The notes under the pieces: generated by a model | What the model was told of the DNA's origin: nothing | The model's database searches: none | Seen by the model: only the letters and a program-made list of their open reading frames with translations | Part shown: positions 27,973-37,435 of the stretch, piece by piece | Position numbering within the stretch: the first letter of the stretch is position 1 | Layout of the letters: each line of letters opens with the position of its first letter | Translations under genes and position numbers: made by a program | NCBI GenBank assembly: GCA_023390775.1 | Contig: JAEWCF010000014.1 | Coordinates: 2,881-66,880 of the forward strand | Source of the DNA: Bacteroidota bacterium | Lineage (GTDB): Bacteria > Bacteroidota > Bacteroidia > Flavobacteriales > Flavobacteriaceae | DNA length: 64,000 nucleotides | Reading direction: 5' to 3'

Positions 27973-30139
27973 CCCGGAAGATTTTCAAATCTTCATAGGA
28001 ATACTGTTCGCCCGCTTTCGCCCGCATTTCCGAGAGAGTGCCGATATCGCCATCCGAAAAAATTTCATGCAGCCGGTCAAGGATGTGATTTGGCAATAAC
28101 TCGACGACGTTGACGGCCTTGATTTTGACGAGTTGTTCCATGTGGGCCATGATGGTCTTTTCGGACAGTTTGCGAAGCGCAGCGATTTCCCGGACCGATT
28201 GCCCGTCCTGCCACAACTCCAGTGTCTGCAAGAACGTGTTTTTTTTCTTTTTGGGCTCCCTGGCGGCACGTTTGGGCACGATCTCTCCCACGCGTTCACG
28301 GAAGAGGTTTGAGACCGCCAGACCGCCCAGATTTTCCTTTGAAGGCGTTTGGTCAAGGGCGATGATCTCTGCCAATCGCTCGGACTTCAGGATGCCCATT
28401 ATGGCCGAAGAGATCACCTCGTCCAATTCCTCGAGCTTGGCCAAAACGCCCTTGCCCTTCTTGCCCGCTCCCAACTCTTCGCGTTCATGCCGCACCGCCT
28501 GAAGCATGCCCGTCAAACGTGGAACAAAATATTGCGAGGCAGCCATTGTCCTTTCCCGAATCGCTTCGCGGTCGCCGGTTTCGAAGATGCCGGGAAGCCG
28601 TGATTGAAAATTGCGGGCCGTGGCAACCAGGTCGTCGAGAACAAGGCGTTGCGGTTGCAGGTATTTTTTTATCCGGGTGGCGCTGGCCGAGGGTTTTGAA
28701 AATACATGTTCCCAGATCTCGACGATCTCGCCAAGGTCAAAGCCTGAGGACAAGCGCGACAGGAGAAATTTCGACATCTCCGACTGCAGCCTTTCGGGCA
28801 ATTTTTCGTCGCCTGCCCGGGTTGCGAATTCGGTAACCGACTGGTCGCTGCCGATACCTTCGAGGCGCATCGGCGAAAGCAGGACAAGGCCGTCCAATGA
28901 CCGAAGCCGCGACAGGGCAACATAGGCCTGGCCCGGCATGAAGACCTGCGAAACATCAAGCGCAGCCTTGTCAAAGGTCAGGCCCTGGCTTTTGTGAACG
29001 GTAATGGCCCACGCAAGTCGCAGGGGATAATGCACGAAGGTGCCGAGGATCTCCTCGGTCACCTCGCGGGTTTCGGGGTCAAGCGTATATTGGATATTCT
29101 GCCACTCATAACGCGGGACCTCAATGGTTTCGCCGTCTTCGAACCGGACGATGATATCATCCGCATCCACCGATGCGACGACGCCGGTTTTTCCATTAAA
29201 GAATCGTTTTTCAGGAGCGAGGTCGTTCTTGATGAACATCACGCGAGTTCCTTCCTTGAGCGAAAGGACGGGTTCGATGGGATACATCCTCTCGGGAAAA
29301 TCCCCGAAAATCTCTGCTTTGAACCGAAAGCTAGGGCCGGGAAGCGCATTCAATGACCGCTCGTTGATGGAATCTGCCTTGAAATTATGCGTCGTCAGGA
29401 TAATGCGGCCGTCGTCCTTTGAGGGATCGTATCCAATCTTTACGAACGAATTGAGAATATCCACAGACGCGCGGCTTAATGTATTGTGCCTGAGCTCGTT
29501 CAAGATATCGATAAAGCGCTGGTCATCCTGCCGGTAAATCTTTGAAAGTTCGATGTAGACCGGCGGCGTGTGGGTCAGGACGTGCGAATTGAAGAAATAT
29601 TTACCGCCGTAATATCTGGACAGGTGTTGCCATTCCTCATTTTTGATCACGGGCGGAAGCTGCAACAAATCCCCGATAAACAAGACCTGGACCCCGCCAA
29701 ATGGCTGACGGACCCTGCGGACATGGCGAAGCATCAAGTCAATCGCATCGAGCAAGTCAGGCCGTAACATGCTGACTTCGTCAATGATTAAAAGCTCCAT
29801 GGCCCTGACAACAGCACGCTTCTGGATGCTGAGCCTGAAATGCCGCCGAAGCGTCTCGCTATTCTCGAATCGGCAACTTTGGCTGGTGGGCAGGTCGTAC
29901 GAATCGGGAATGAACCCTGCCAATGGCAACCCGAACATGGAGTGAATGGTCACACCGCCCGCGTTGAGTGCCGCGATTCCGGTAGGAGCGACGACGACCG
30001 CATTTTTGTAGGTGGTCCGGATAATCTCGCGAAGAAGGGTAGTTTTTCCGGTGCCTGCCTTTCCCGTCAAAAAAACGGGGCTGGCGGTCCTGTTAATGAA
30101 TTCGAGGACGTATCGTGCGGCTTCTGACAGTTCAAACAT
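27935..30139 (-). CDS. PIF1/RecD-like SF1 helicase with C-terminal helicase-associated HTH domain
   Basis: Walker A GKAGTGKTT, LIIDEVSML, a C-terminal UvrD_C-like AITVHKSQGLTF, and an HTH tail. The start was chosen at MFELSEAARY (30139). Confidence 0.85.
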   Translation of the reverse strand: MFELSEAARYVLEFINRTASPVFLTGKAGTGKTTLLREIIRTTYKNAVVVAPTGIAALNAGGVTIHSMFGLPLAGFIPDSYDLPTSQSCRFENSETLRRHFRLSIQKRAVVRAMELLIIDEVSMLRPDLLDAIDLMLRHVRRVRQPFGGVQVLFIGDLLQLPPVIKNEEWQHLSRYYGGKYFFNSHVLTHTPPVYIELSKIYRQDDQRFIDILNELRHNTLSRASVDILNSFVKIGYDPSKDDGRIILTTHNFKADSINERSLNALPGPSFRFKAEIFGDFPERMYPIEPVLSLKEGTRVMFIKNDLAPEKRFFNGKTGVVASVDADDIIVRFEDGETIEVPRYEWQNIQYTLDPETREVTEEILGTFVHYPLRLAWAITVHKSQGLTFDKAALDVSQVFMPGQAYVALSRLRSLDGLVLLSPMRLEGIGSDQSVTEFATRAGDEKLPERLQSEMSKFLLSRLSSGFDLGEIVEIWEHVFSKPSASATRIKKYLQPQRLVLDDLVATARNFQSRLPGIFETGDREAIRERTMAASQYFVPRLTGMLQAVRHEREELGAGKKGKGVLAKLEELDEVISSAIMGILKSERLAEIIALDQTPSKENLGGLAVSNLFRERVGEIVPKRAAREPKKKKNTFLQTLELWQDGQSVREIAALRKLSEKTIMAHMEQLVKIKAVNVVELLPNHILDRLHEIFSDGDIGTLSEMRAKAGEQYSYEDLKIFRASLANVPQEQPE

Positions 30140-30178
30140 GGCGTGTAACTTTTGCCGGGAAAAGTACAAAAATCAGCA

Positions 30179-30205
30179 TAAAAAAACCTCCGGTTTTTCC
30201 GGAGG
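30179..30205 (-). terminator. rho-independent terminator downstream of the skp/ompH gene
   Basis: Hairpin CCTCCGG-aaaaa-CCGGAGG followed by a U8 tract on the minus strand. Confidence 0.7.
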
Positions 30206-30224
30206 CTTGATTCAAAATTTATTG

Positions 30225-30779
30225 CTATTTGGCAGCCGGCTCCTCTTTTTTAGCCTGGCCTTTGTACTTGTCGTTCAACAACTTGACGAGCTCGTCGGTG
30301 ATGTCATACTTGTCTTCGGCGTAAAGGATCGTTGCGGCTTCTCCCGTTCCATAGATATAGGCATATCCATTTTCCTTGCCGTAATCCTTGATGAATTTCT
30401 TGATGCTTTTGACGAGGGTATCCATTTCGGTCCCGCTCTCCTTTTGCAACTGCTGGAGCATCGCCTGCTGCGCCATCCCCAATTGTTCCTCGCGCTGACG
30501 GAGCTCCATGCCTTTTTGCTGGGCCCACGCCTGTCCCTTGGCCTGCGCATTCTCGCGGAAACTGGAGGCATCGGCCTTGAATTTTTCGACGGCCGCGTCC
30601 AACTCCTTGCCCATTTCCTCAGATTTCGCCTTGTATTTGGCTTCGATGTCCCTCGCCTCTGTATATTCCTCCAGAAGCTTTGACGTGTCAACATAAGCAG
30701 TCTTCAATTCCTTGGTTTCGGCCTCTTTGTTACAGGAAACTGCAGCGATGGCCAAGGCCAGGATCAACAATCTTTTCAT
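30225..30779 (-). CDS. OmpH/Skp family periplasmic chaperone
   Basis: Signal/lipobox MKRLLILALAIAAVSC and coiled-coil K/E/Q-rich OmpH-like composition. Confidence 0.8.
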   Translation of the reverse strand: MKRLLILALAIAAVSCNKEAETKELKTAYVDTSKLLEEYTEARDIEAKYKAKSEEMGKELDAAVEKFKADASSFRENAQAKGQAWAQQKGMELRQREEQLGMAQQAMLQQLQKESGTEMDTLVKSIKKFIKDYGKENGYAYIYGTGEAATILYAEDKYDITDELVKLLNDKYKGQAKKEEPAAK

Positions 30780-30798
30780 GATTTGATTTTTAGATGTG

Positions 30799-30806
30799 CA
30801 AAAATA
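30799..30806 (-). promoter_or_regulatory. candidate -7 box TATTTTTG for the skp/ompH gene
   Basis: TAnnTTTG match on the minus strand, 20 nt upstream of the ATG at 30779. Confidence 0.35.
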
Positions 30807-30830
30807 GTTTTTTTGACGAAACACTCGATA

Positions 30831-31670
30831 TTATTTGCGCCGAAGCACGTAAATCTGGGAAGAACATTCTCCTGTCCTCAACGCGGCAACATTGGATTTT
30901 AAACCTTGCCAAAGCCCTTTTACCACATTCATTTTGCCTGTGCGATTCTTTTCTGAAAGCAGGCACACGTAAAAAGCGTCAAACCACATGGGCAAAATGC
31001 GGGTTACAGTCATTGAATGGCGCGTTGCCAAATTGAGGATGGCCGTCTTGGAAAAGTGCCAAAGATGGCGCGGAACATCATACGCCGCCCAGTTGCTTCC
31101 ATAATGGCGGGCGTCCGCCGACCTGAAATTCGGAACGGCGATCACGGCAATCCCGTCTGGTTTGAGCAGTCTGAGAATTTCCCGGATCTGCCTATCGGGA
31201 TCGGGAACGTGCTCCAGGACATGCCACAGGGTAATGACATCGAAACTCGCTGGCGGAAAAACATTGGAATCGGTGCGCACGTCCAAATCCTTGCCGAGGG
31301 CCAGAGCGCGTGCGAACTCTCCCGGCTCGGTTCCGGATGCCTTCCATCCGCTACGGCGTGCAGCTGCAAGAAAATCGCCGGTTCCGCAACCGATGTCAAG
31401 AAGATTCCGTCCCGGGGAGTAGGAATTGATTAGCGAAATCTTCCTTTGAAGCGCAAATCTTTTAATTAGCTGGTAGGTTTTCTCGAAGAGGTTCCGGTTA
31501 CCATCGGTGTGTGAAATATAATCTTCGCTTTGATAATACCTGCCGAGGTTTTCCGCCGAAGGTTGCGGAAGCGTCTTTAGCAACGCGCCTTCTTCCATCG
31601 GCATAAGTTCAAATTCCTCTCCCGTAACCGAATGATCTTTAACCGAAAAACTCTGCTGACTGATTCTCAC
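30831..31670 (-). CDS. class I SAM-dependent methyltransferase
   Basis: LLDIGCGTGDF motif I. Confidence 0.8.
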   Translation of the reverse strand: MRISQQSFSVKDHSVTGEEFELMPMEEGALLKTLPQPSAENLGRYYQSEDYISHTDGNRNLFEKTYQLIKRFALQRKISLINSYSPGRNLLDIGCGTGDFLAAARRSGWKASGTEPGEFARALALGKDLDVRTDSNVFPPASFDVITLWHVLEHVPDPDRQIREILRLLKPDGIAVIAVPNFRSADARHYGSNWAAYDVPRHLWHFSKTAILNLATRHSMTVTRILPMWFDAFYVCLLSEKNRTGKMNVVKGLWQGLKSNVAALRTGECSSQIYVLRRK

Positions 31671-31724
31671 TCTCTCTGTAAATGCTTATAAATAAAGGAG
31701 TCCCGCTATTCGTTCCACGTGAAA

Positions 31725-33596
31725 CTAGCGGCCCATGTAAATCAACAAAACCGAAATATCGCTTGGCGAGACGCCACTGATCCGGGAAGCTTGCGATAAA
31801 GTAACGGGTCGAATCCTCTTGAATTTCTCCTTCGCTTCATAGGACAACGACTTGATCTTATCGTAATCAAATTGCTCCGGTATGCGGATGTCTTCCAAGC
31901 GCGTCAATTTCTCGGCATTGGCCCGCTCCTTTTCAATATATCCCGAATACTTAACCTGGATTTCGGCCTGCTCGATGATTTCCTGATCGAGTTGATGAGC
32001 ATCTATATATTCTATCACTTTTTCGAATTTCAGGATGTCCTCAAGCGTGATCTGTGGCCTCGAAAAGACCTTGAACATCTTATCGGACTGAACAATCGGG
32101 GCCGACTCCTTGCTTTCCAAAATGGGATTGGCCTCGGCAACCGTGACGCTGGTTTCCTTGAAAAAGGCTACCATCTTCTCTGATTCGTTGAGTTTATGCT
32201 CCATCCTGCGCATTCTCTTTTCAGATGCCAGGCCTATTTCGAACGATTTCGGCGTTAGCCTAAAATCGGCATTGTCCTGCCGAAGCAATGTGCGATATTC
32301 AGCGCGTGAGGTAAACATACGGTAAGGTTCCTCGGTGCCCTTGGTGATCAGATCGTCGATCAAAACACCGATATAAGCTTCGTCGCGCTTAAGAATCAGC
32401 GGATCCGCCTCCCGCACCTGTAGCGCGGCATTGATCCCGGCCATCAGTCCCTGGGAAGCGGCTTCCTCGTAGCCGGTAGTTCCGTTGATCTGACCCGCAA
32501 AATACAACCCCTTAACCAACTTGGTCTCCAGTGTATGGGTCAGTTGGGTCGGCGGAAAATAATCGTATTCAATAGCATAGCCGGGCCTAAAAAACTTCAC
32601 GTTTATAAAACCGGCCACGGATTTCAGGGCTTTGTACTGCACGTCCTCCGGAAGGGATGTTGAAAATCCGTTGACATACATCTCCACCGTATCCCATCCT
32701 TCGGGTTCGACAAATAGTTGGTGTCGGTCCTTGTCGGCAAACCGATTGATCTTGTCTTCGATCGAAGGGCAATACCGCGGGCCGAGGCTCTGGATACGCC
32801 CGTTGAACATGGGGGAACGATCAAATCCCTCCCTCAAAAGGTCGTGAACCAACGGCGAAGTATAAGTCATGTAACACGACTTTTGATGCGTGAGCGGCTG
32901 GGTTTCGTCGGAATAAGAAAATTTTGCGGGATCTGCATCGCCCTTTTCCTCATTCATTTTACTATAATCCAGCGATCGGCCGTCCACGCGGGGCGGAGTT
33001 CCGGTCTTCATACGACCTGACGTGAAACCGGCGTTTACGAGATCTTCGGTAATGCCGTATGCGGCGCCTTCTCCCGCCCGGCCGCCGCCAAATTGTTTCT
33101 CGCCAATGTGGATCAATCCATTTAAGAAGGTTCCGTTGGTGAGCACTACGGTTTTCGACCTGATCTCGACGCCCAACGAAGTCTTTACGCCCCGGATCTT
33201 CCCGTTTTCAATAATCAGCCCCCGAACCATTTCCTGATAAAAATCGAGGTTCGGAGTTTTTTCCAACATCAATCTCCAACATTCGGCAAATCGCATCCTG
33301 TCGCTTTGGACACGCGGTGACCACATGGCCGGCCCTTTTGATTTGTTGAGCATCTTGAACTGGATCGCCGTCTTGTCCGAAACAATTCCCGAATATCCTC
33401 CCAACGCATCGATCTCGCGCACGATCTGGCCTTTGGCAATTCCTCCCATTGCGGGATTGCATGACATCTGGGCGATATTCTGCAGGCTCATTGTGATCAG
33501 CAAGGTGCTTGCGCCCATATTCGCGGCGGCGGCGGCAGCCTCGGATCCGGCATGGCCCGCGCCTACCACAACGACATCGTATTCTTTATTAAACAT
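31725..33596 (-). CDS. mnmG: tRNA uridine 5-carboxymethylaminomethyl modification enzyme MnmG
   Basis: YDVVVVGAGHAGSEAA FAD motif; 623 aa, highly conserved GidA sequence. Confidence 0.95.
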   Translation of the reverse strand: MFNKEYDVVVVGAGHAGSEAAAAAANMGASTLLITMSLQNIAQMSCNPAMGGIAKGQIVREIDALGGYSGIVSDKTAIQFKMLNKSKGPAMWSPRVQSDRMRFAECWRLMLEKTPNLDFYQEMVRGLIIENGKIRGVKTSLGVEIRSKTVVLTNGTFLNGLIHIGEKQFGGGRAGEGAAYGITEDLVNAGFTSGRMKTGTPPRVDGRSLDYSKMNEEKGDADPAKFSYSDETQPLTHQKSCYMTYTSPLVHDLLREGFDRSPMFNGRIQSLGPRYCPSIEDKINRFADKDRHQLFVEPEGWDTVEMYVNGFSTSLPEDVQYKALKSVAGFINVKFFRPGYAIEYDYFPPTQLTHTLETKLVKGLYFAGQINGTTGYEEAASQGLMAGINAALQVREADPLILKRDEAYIGVLIDDLITKGTEEPYRMFTSRAEYRTLLRQDNADFRLTPKSFEIGLASEKRMRRMEHKLNESEKMVAFFKETSVTVAEANPILESKESAPIVQSDKMFKVFSRPQITLEDILKFEKVIEYIDAHQLDQEIIEQAEIQVKYSGYIEKERANAEKLTRLEDIRIPEQFDYDKIKSLSYEAKEKFKRIRPVTLSQASRISGVSPSDISVLLIYMGR

Positions 33597-33599
33597 TCG

Positions 33600-34019
33600 C
33601 TATTGTTCCACGTGAAACATCCTCATCTTCTCCTCTTCCTTGGCGCGCATCATTGCCGCGTCCGCATCATCTTTGTCCTTGTACCCGCAATAGTGCAGAA
33701 GCCCATGGGCCATCACTCTATGCAGCTCATCTATAAAATCAACCGAAAATGATTCGGCGTTATCGCGAACGCGCTCCAGAGAAATAAATATATCGCCGCT
33801 TATCTCGTTTCCCACCGTGTAATCAAAACTGATAATATCGGTCAGGTCATCATGCCCCAAATACTCCACATTGATTTTGTGCAGGTAATCGTCGTCGCAA
33901 AATACATAGCTAATCTCGCCGATCGTCTTGCCCTCGCTCAGTACTACTTTACGGCACCACAAATCATAAACCGTCTCATTATCAAGGGAAAAATCAGTCT
34001 CGTAATTGAATTCAATCAT
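33600..34019 (-). CDS. ybeY: rRNA maturation RNase YbeY
   Basis: HGLLHYCGYKD (HxxxHxxGxxH-type) motif, 139 aa. Confidence 0.9.
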   Translation of the reverse strand: MIEFNYETDFSLDNETVYDLWCRKVVLSEGKTIGEISYVFCDDDYLHKINVEYLGHDDLTDIISFDYTVGNEISGDIFISLERVRDNAESFSVDFIDELHRVMAHGLLHYCGYKDKDDADAAMMRAKEEEKMRMFHVEQ

Positions 34020-37000
34020 TCTTGAAATATTCCTTAACCTTGCGGTTATAATTGGAGCGCAAAGGTAAGGTTTGTCTATTTAATATTTCTATGCTGTTGA
34101 GATAATCCTGAAGAGCCGGCGGAAGCGCACGCGCATTGTTGTTAAATTCCTTTTTATTGGCCTCGGCCTGGCGGCGTTTCTCCTCACCCTGCTGTTGCAT
34201 GGCCTTTTCAAGTTTCAGCAACTCGTATTTCAAATTGAGCGCGCGTTGCAAAGTCTCATTATTGAAGCCTTGGTTAAGTAGCTGTTTTTCAAGTTGTTTC
34301 ATCTTGTCAATCGCACTTTGCCCGGATCCGCCCATGCCTTGTTTTTGCAGTTCCTTTTGCAGCGCTTCGCGGAGCTGTCGCTGTTCCTTGTAGATTTCCA
34401 TGATTGCCCGGGCATCGCCTTCACCATCTTCGCCTTCCTCGCCTCCCTGCGAATCCCCTTTGCCCTTTTGGCCTTTGGGTCCCTGTTGCCCCGGTTTTTC
34501 GCCCTCGCCGGGCTTCTTCCCATCGCCGGGTTTCTTCATTCCGTCTTTCATCTTCTCGCCCAATCCTTCCTGCTTTTTGATGATATCGGGCAACTGCATT
34601 CCTCCAGAACCCTTACCTGGCTTGGGTTTGCCCTCTCCGGCGCCGGAAAGCGACATCTGCATCCCGTTTAGGATGTCACTCAGCATGTCAGCCAGCTTGT
34701 TGGCCGATGAAACGCTGTACTGCTGATGTGAGAGCCCCCTGGGGACCTGGCCCTCGGCCAAAACCGCCAGCGCCTTGTCCATATTATAATGCACGTTGCC
34801 CACTTCTTTGGTTACGTCCTCGGCGATTTTTGGATTCCGAAGCGACATCGCAAACAGGCTGTCGTCGACATGGCGGAACTGTTGCTTGAGGTCCTGCTGG
34901 ATCTTGAGGTTTTTATTGAACGACGGCGAACCGCGCTTCAGCCCGCGGAACTGGCCCATCAGTTCTTCCTGCGAGAACGAATAAGCCAGGAGGTTGTCCA
35001 GAATCTGCCTCAGCATCTTTACATCCTCCTCCATCTGCTCCATCTCGCCGCCCGCCATGCTTTGGGACATGCTGGCACCCATTTCCTTCATCTGTTTCCC
35101 TGCACTCTTCTGCTTGGGCTTCGCCCTGTCCTTGTTGTCCTTTTTCAGTTCGTCGGTGGCCTTTTTCTGGTCTTCGTCGATGTTCTGTTGCTTCTGCTCG
35201 TCCTTTGGGATTTCAAGCGGCGATTTAAGTTCTTTGTTTTCCTTCTGCAGTTCCTTTAATTCTTCCTGGATCTTGTCAAACTCCTTGTTGATTTCCTCCT
35301 GTGCGTCGGCGTTGTTCTCTTTCTTATCGGCAAGCTTTTCCTGCTCATCCCCAAGTTTATCAAGCTTATCGGCCAACTGCTCGGCTTTCTTCTCCACATA
35401 GAACTTCTTGGTCAGTTCCACAAGTTGTTCAAGGCTTTTAGCCTGGTTCTTGGCATTTTGCTTGAATTTTTCGATCTTTTCAAACAGCTCCTCCGATTTG
35501 ATCTTGTCGTTGAGTTCCTTGAGCTCGTCAAGCAGCTTTTGGTTCTTCTCCAAATCTTTCTCCGATTTTTCCAAACGCTCCTGGAGCTCTTTCTTTTGTT
35601 CGTCGTTCTTGTCCACCTTGAATTCCTCGAGGTTCTTTTCCATTTTGCGGGCAAATTCCTTCATCATCTCGTCCTGCTGTTGCTGGCGCTTGATGAATTC
35701 GTTCACCTTTTGCTGGTCCTTGAACTCCAGGGATTCCTTCTCCTTGCCGAGCTTTTGCAGTTTCTCCATTTCAGAAAACTGTTTCTCCTGGTCCCGAAGC
35801 GATTTGGACATGCTGTTGATGTTTTCGTTCTGCTCCCGAAGCATCTCATCCTCGCGCTCATCCTGCGTGCTCACACGGCCCGAAAACACGCTTGAACGCG
35901 ACTTCTTGTAGCCGTGCGGGGCGTCGTTGTCAAAAACCTCGAAATAATATTCGTATGCAATCCCTTCACTAATGGGCAATGTCGACGGGAACGCGAAGAC
36001 GAACTGGTCGTAAACATCGCGTTTGACCGGGAGCACCGCCGCTTTGGCCTGGGATGGATTTCCCTTAGGATAATAGACGATCTGGAGCTTGGTGAGCCCG
36101 TAATCGTCCGAAACCTGGCCCAGCACATAATCCTTGCCCACCCGGAGCGTATCGGGCGCGGCCCCAACGTTGATGGACGGAAACTGGTCCTTGGTGACCG
36201 ACAACCGGTAATTGAGCTTCTCATAGTCGCGAACGCGGCTGTTGGAGGTAACGATGGTGTATTCGGTATTCTGGCCGATGGTCCTGCTCAGCGTAAACCG
36301 ATTCTCATCCTTTGTGAAAGCGGTCCGGACCGCCCCATCGCTGAAATGCACCTGGCCCGTGGCCAACGTATTCATCTTCCAGGTAACCCGCGTGCCTTCA
36401 GGGATGACGGCGTTTCCGGTGCCTCCGATGGATTCTGGTTTGCGGTTCAGATATGCCGGAAACGTCAGTTGCATGGTGAAATCGGCAATCGTCGGAACCT
36501 CCACGACCTCAAGCAGATAATCCTGTGAACTGATCCCGCCGGCCTCCACGTGGAACGGAATATCACGCACCGGGCCCGTAAAAGTATAAGTGAATTCGCC
36601 CGGGGCAGTGCTCTCCATAAAATAGCTTTCTTCCCCGATGAAGACGACGGCGTTCTCCGGAACCACACTTCCCACCGTCTTGATCCGCAGCTCGAAATCC
36701 TTCCCCTGCTCGGTTACCAAGCGCTTGTTCTGGGCGACAAACGCAAACGGTGCAGGCGGGACGAATTGCTTCTTGTAATTGACCACGCGGTTGAAACTCT
36801 GCGAAATCAGGTCGCTGTTCCCCGAAATATAGAAGAACGCGAACAAAAGGATCGGGATCAGAGCCAGCGGGATATATTTTCGATTGCCCGAAAAATTCAC
36901 CGCATTGGTAAAGGGAATCGGCTGCAACGCGCTGGCCTTCTGCTCGATAGAGGCGAGGAGAAGTTCCGATTTATTGCGGTCGGCCGAGAGTTGAAGGAAA

Positions 37001-37362
37001 TTGGTGAGCTTGTCACTGACCTCGGAGAAATGGCTGCCGATTATGGCCGATGCCTGATCGTAGTTGATGCCCTTCTGCATTTTAAAAAGCCTGGAAAGCG
37101 GGAAGAATATGTATCGGAACAAAAGAAAGGCTTCGACGGCGATAAAACTCCAGAAAAGCACCGTCCGTGCGCCGGGCTTCAACCAGAGGAAATATTCGAT
37201 GAAAAGCGTGAACAGCAGGTAGAGCAGGCCAAGCCCGATGAAAAATATCGACCCGCGAATCAATTCGTTGGTGTAATATTTCCTGATGAAAGCCTCGAGT
37301 TTGAGGTAGATGACGCCCGAATTTTCCAATTTGACCAATTTATGACCGATAAAAGTACACAT
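34012..37362 (-). CDS. large membrane-anchored protein, DUF4175-like, with a long K/E/Q-rich coiled-coil and a G/K/P-rich segment
   Basis: N-terminus LEAFIRKYYTNELIRGSIFFIGLGLLYLLFTLFIEYFLWL resembles DUF4175 (from memory), with two or more TM helices. The start is uncertain (37362 or an internal TTG/GTG). Confidence 0.7.
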   Translation of the reverse strand: MCTFIGHKLVKLENSGVIYLKLEAFIRKYYTNELIRGSIFFIGLGLLYLLFTLFIEYFLWLKPGARTVLFWSFIAVEAFLLFRYIFFPLSRLFKMQKGINYDQASAIIGSHFSEVSDKLTNFLQLSADRNKSELLLASIEQKASALQPIPFTNAVNFSGNRKYIPLALIPILLFAFFYISGNSDLISQSFNRVVNYKKQFVPPAPFAFVAQNKRLVTEQGKDFELRIKTVGSVVPENAVVFIGEESYFMESTAPGEFTYTFTGPVRDIPFHVEAGGISSQDYLLEVVEVPTIADFTMQLTFPAYLNRKPESIGGTGNAVIPEGTRVTWKMNTLATGQVHFSDGAVRTAFTKDENRFTLSRTIGQNTEYTIVTSNSRVRDYEKLNYRLSVTKDQFPSINVGAAPDTLRVGKDYVLGQVSDDYGLTKLQIVYYPKGNPSQAKAAVLPVKRDVYDQFVFAFPSTLPISEGIAYEYYFEVFDNDAPHGYKKSRSSVFSGRVSTQDEREDEMLREQNENINSMSKSLRDQEKQFSEMEKLQKLGKEKESLEFKDQQKVNEFIKRQQQQDEMMKEFARKMEKNLEEFKVDKNDEQKKELQERLEKSEKDLEKNQKLLDELKELNDKIKSEELFEKIEKFKQNAKNQAKSLEQLVELTKKFYVEKKAEQLADKLDKLGDEQEKLADKKENNADAQEEINKEFDKIQEELKELQKENKELKSPLEIPKDEQKQQNIDEDQKKATDELKKDNKDRAKPKQKSAGKQMKEMGASMSQSMAGGEMEQMEEDVKMLRQILDNLLAYSFSQEELMGQFRGLKRGSPSFNKNLKIQQDLKQQFRHVDDSLFAMSLRNPKIAEDVTKEVGNVHYNMDKALAVLAEGQVPRGLSHQQYSVSSANKLADMLSDILNGMQMSLSGAGEGKPKPGKGSGGMQLPDIIKKQEGLGEKMKDGMKKPGDGKKPGEGEKPGQQGPKGQKGKGDSQGGEEGEDGEGDARAIMEIYKEQRQLREALQKELQKQGMGGSGQSAIDKMKQLEKQLLNQGFNNETLQRALNLKYELLKLEKAMQQQGEEKRRQAEANKKEFNNNARALPPALQDYLNSIEILNRQTLPLRSNYNRKVKEYFKND

Positions 37363-37412
37363 TAGCGAATTGCAGAACGTTAATTTATCGGCAATATTTT
37401 TTCCCCGAACCG

Positions 37413-37420
37413 TATCTTTG
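37413..37420 (+). promoter_or_regulatory. candidate -7 box TATCTTTG for gltX
   Basis: TAnnTTTG match 16 nt upstream of the ATG at 37436. Confidence 0.35.
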
Positions 37421-37435
37421 CGCAAATTCCAGGAT

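Noticed and set aside
27935-30139. PIF1/RecD-like helicase as a possible defence or mobile-element marker
   Set aside because: It has no neighbouring nuclease, methylase, integrase or toxin genes, and its flanks are housekeeping. This helicase+HTH architecture is, to my recollection, a common chromosomal gene in Bacteroidota.
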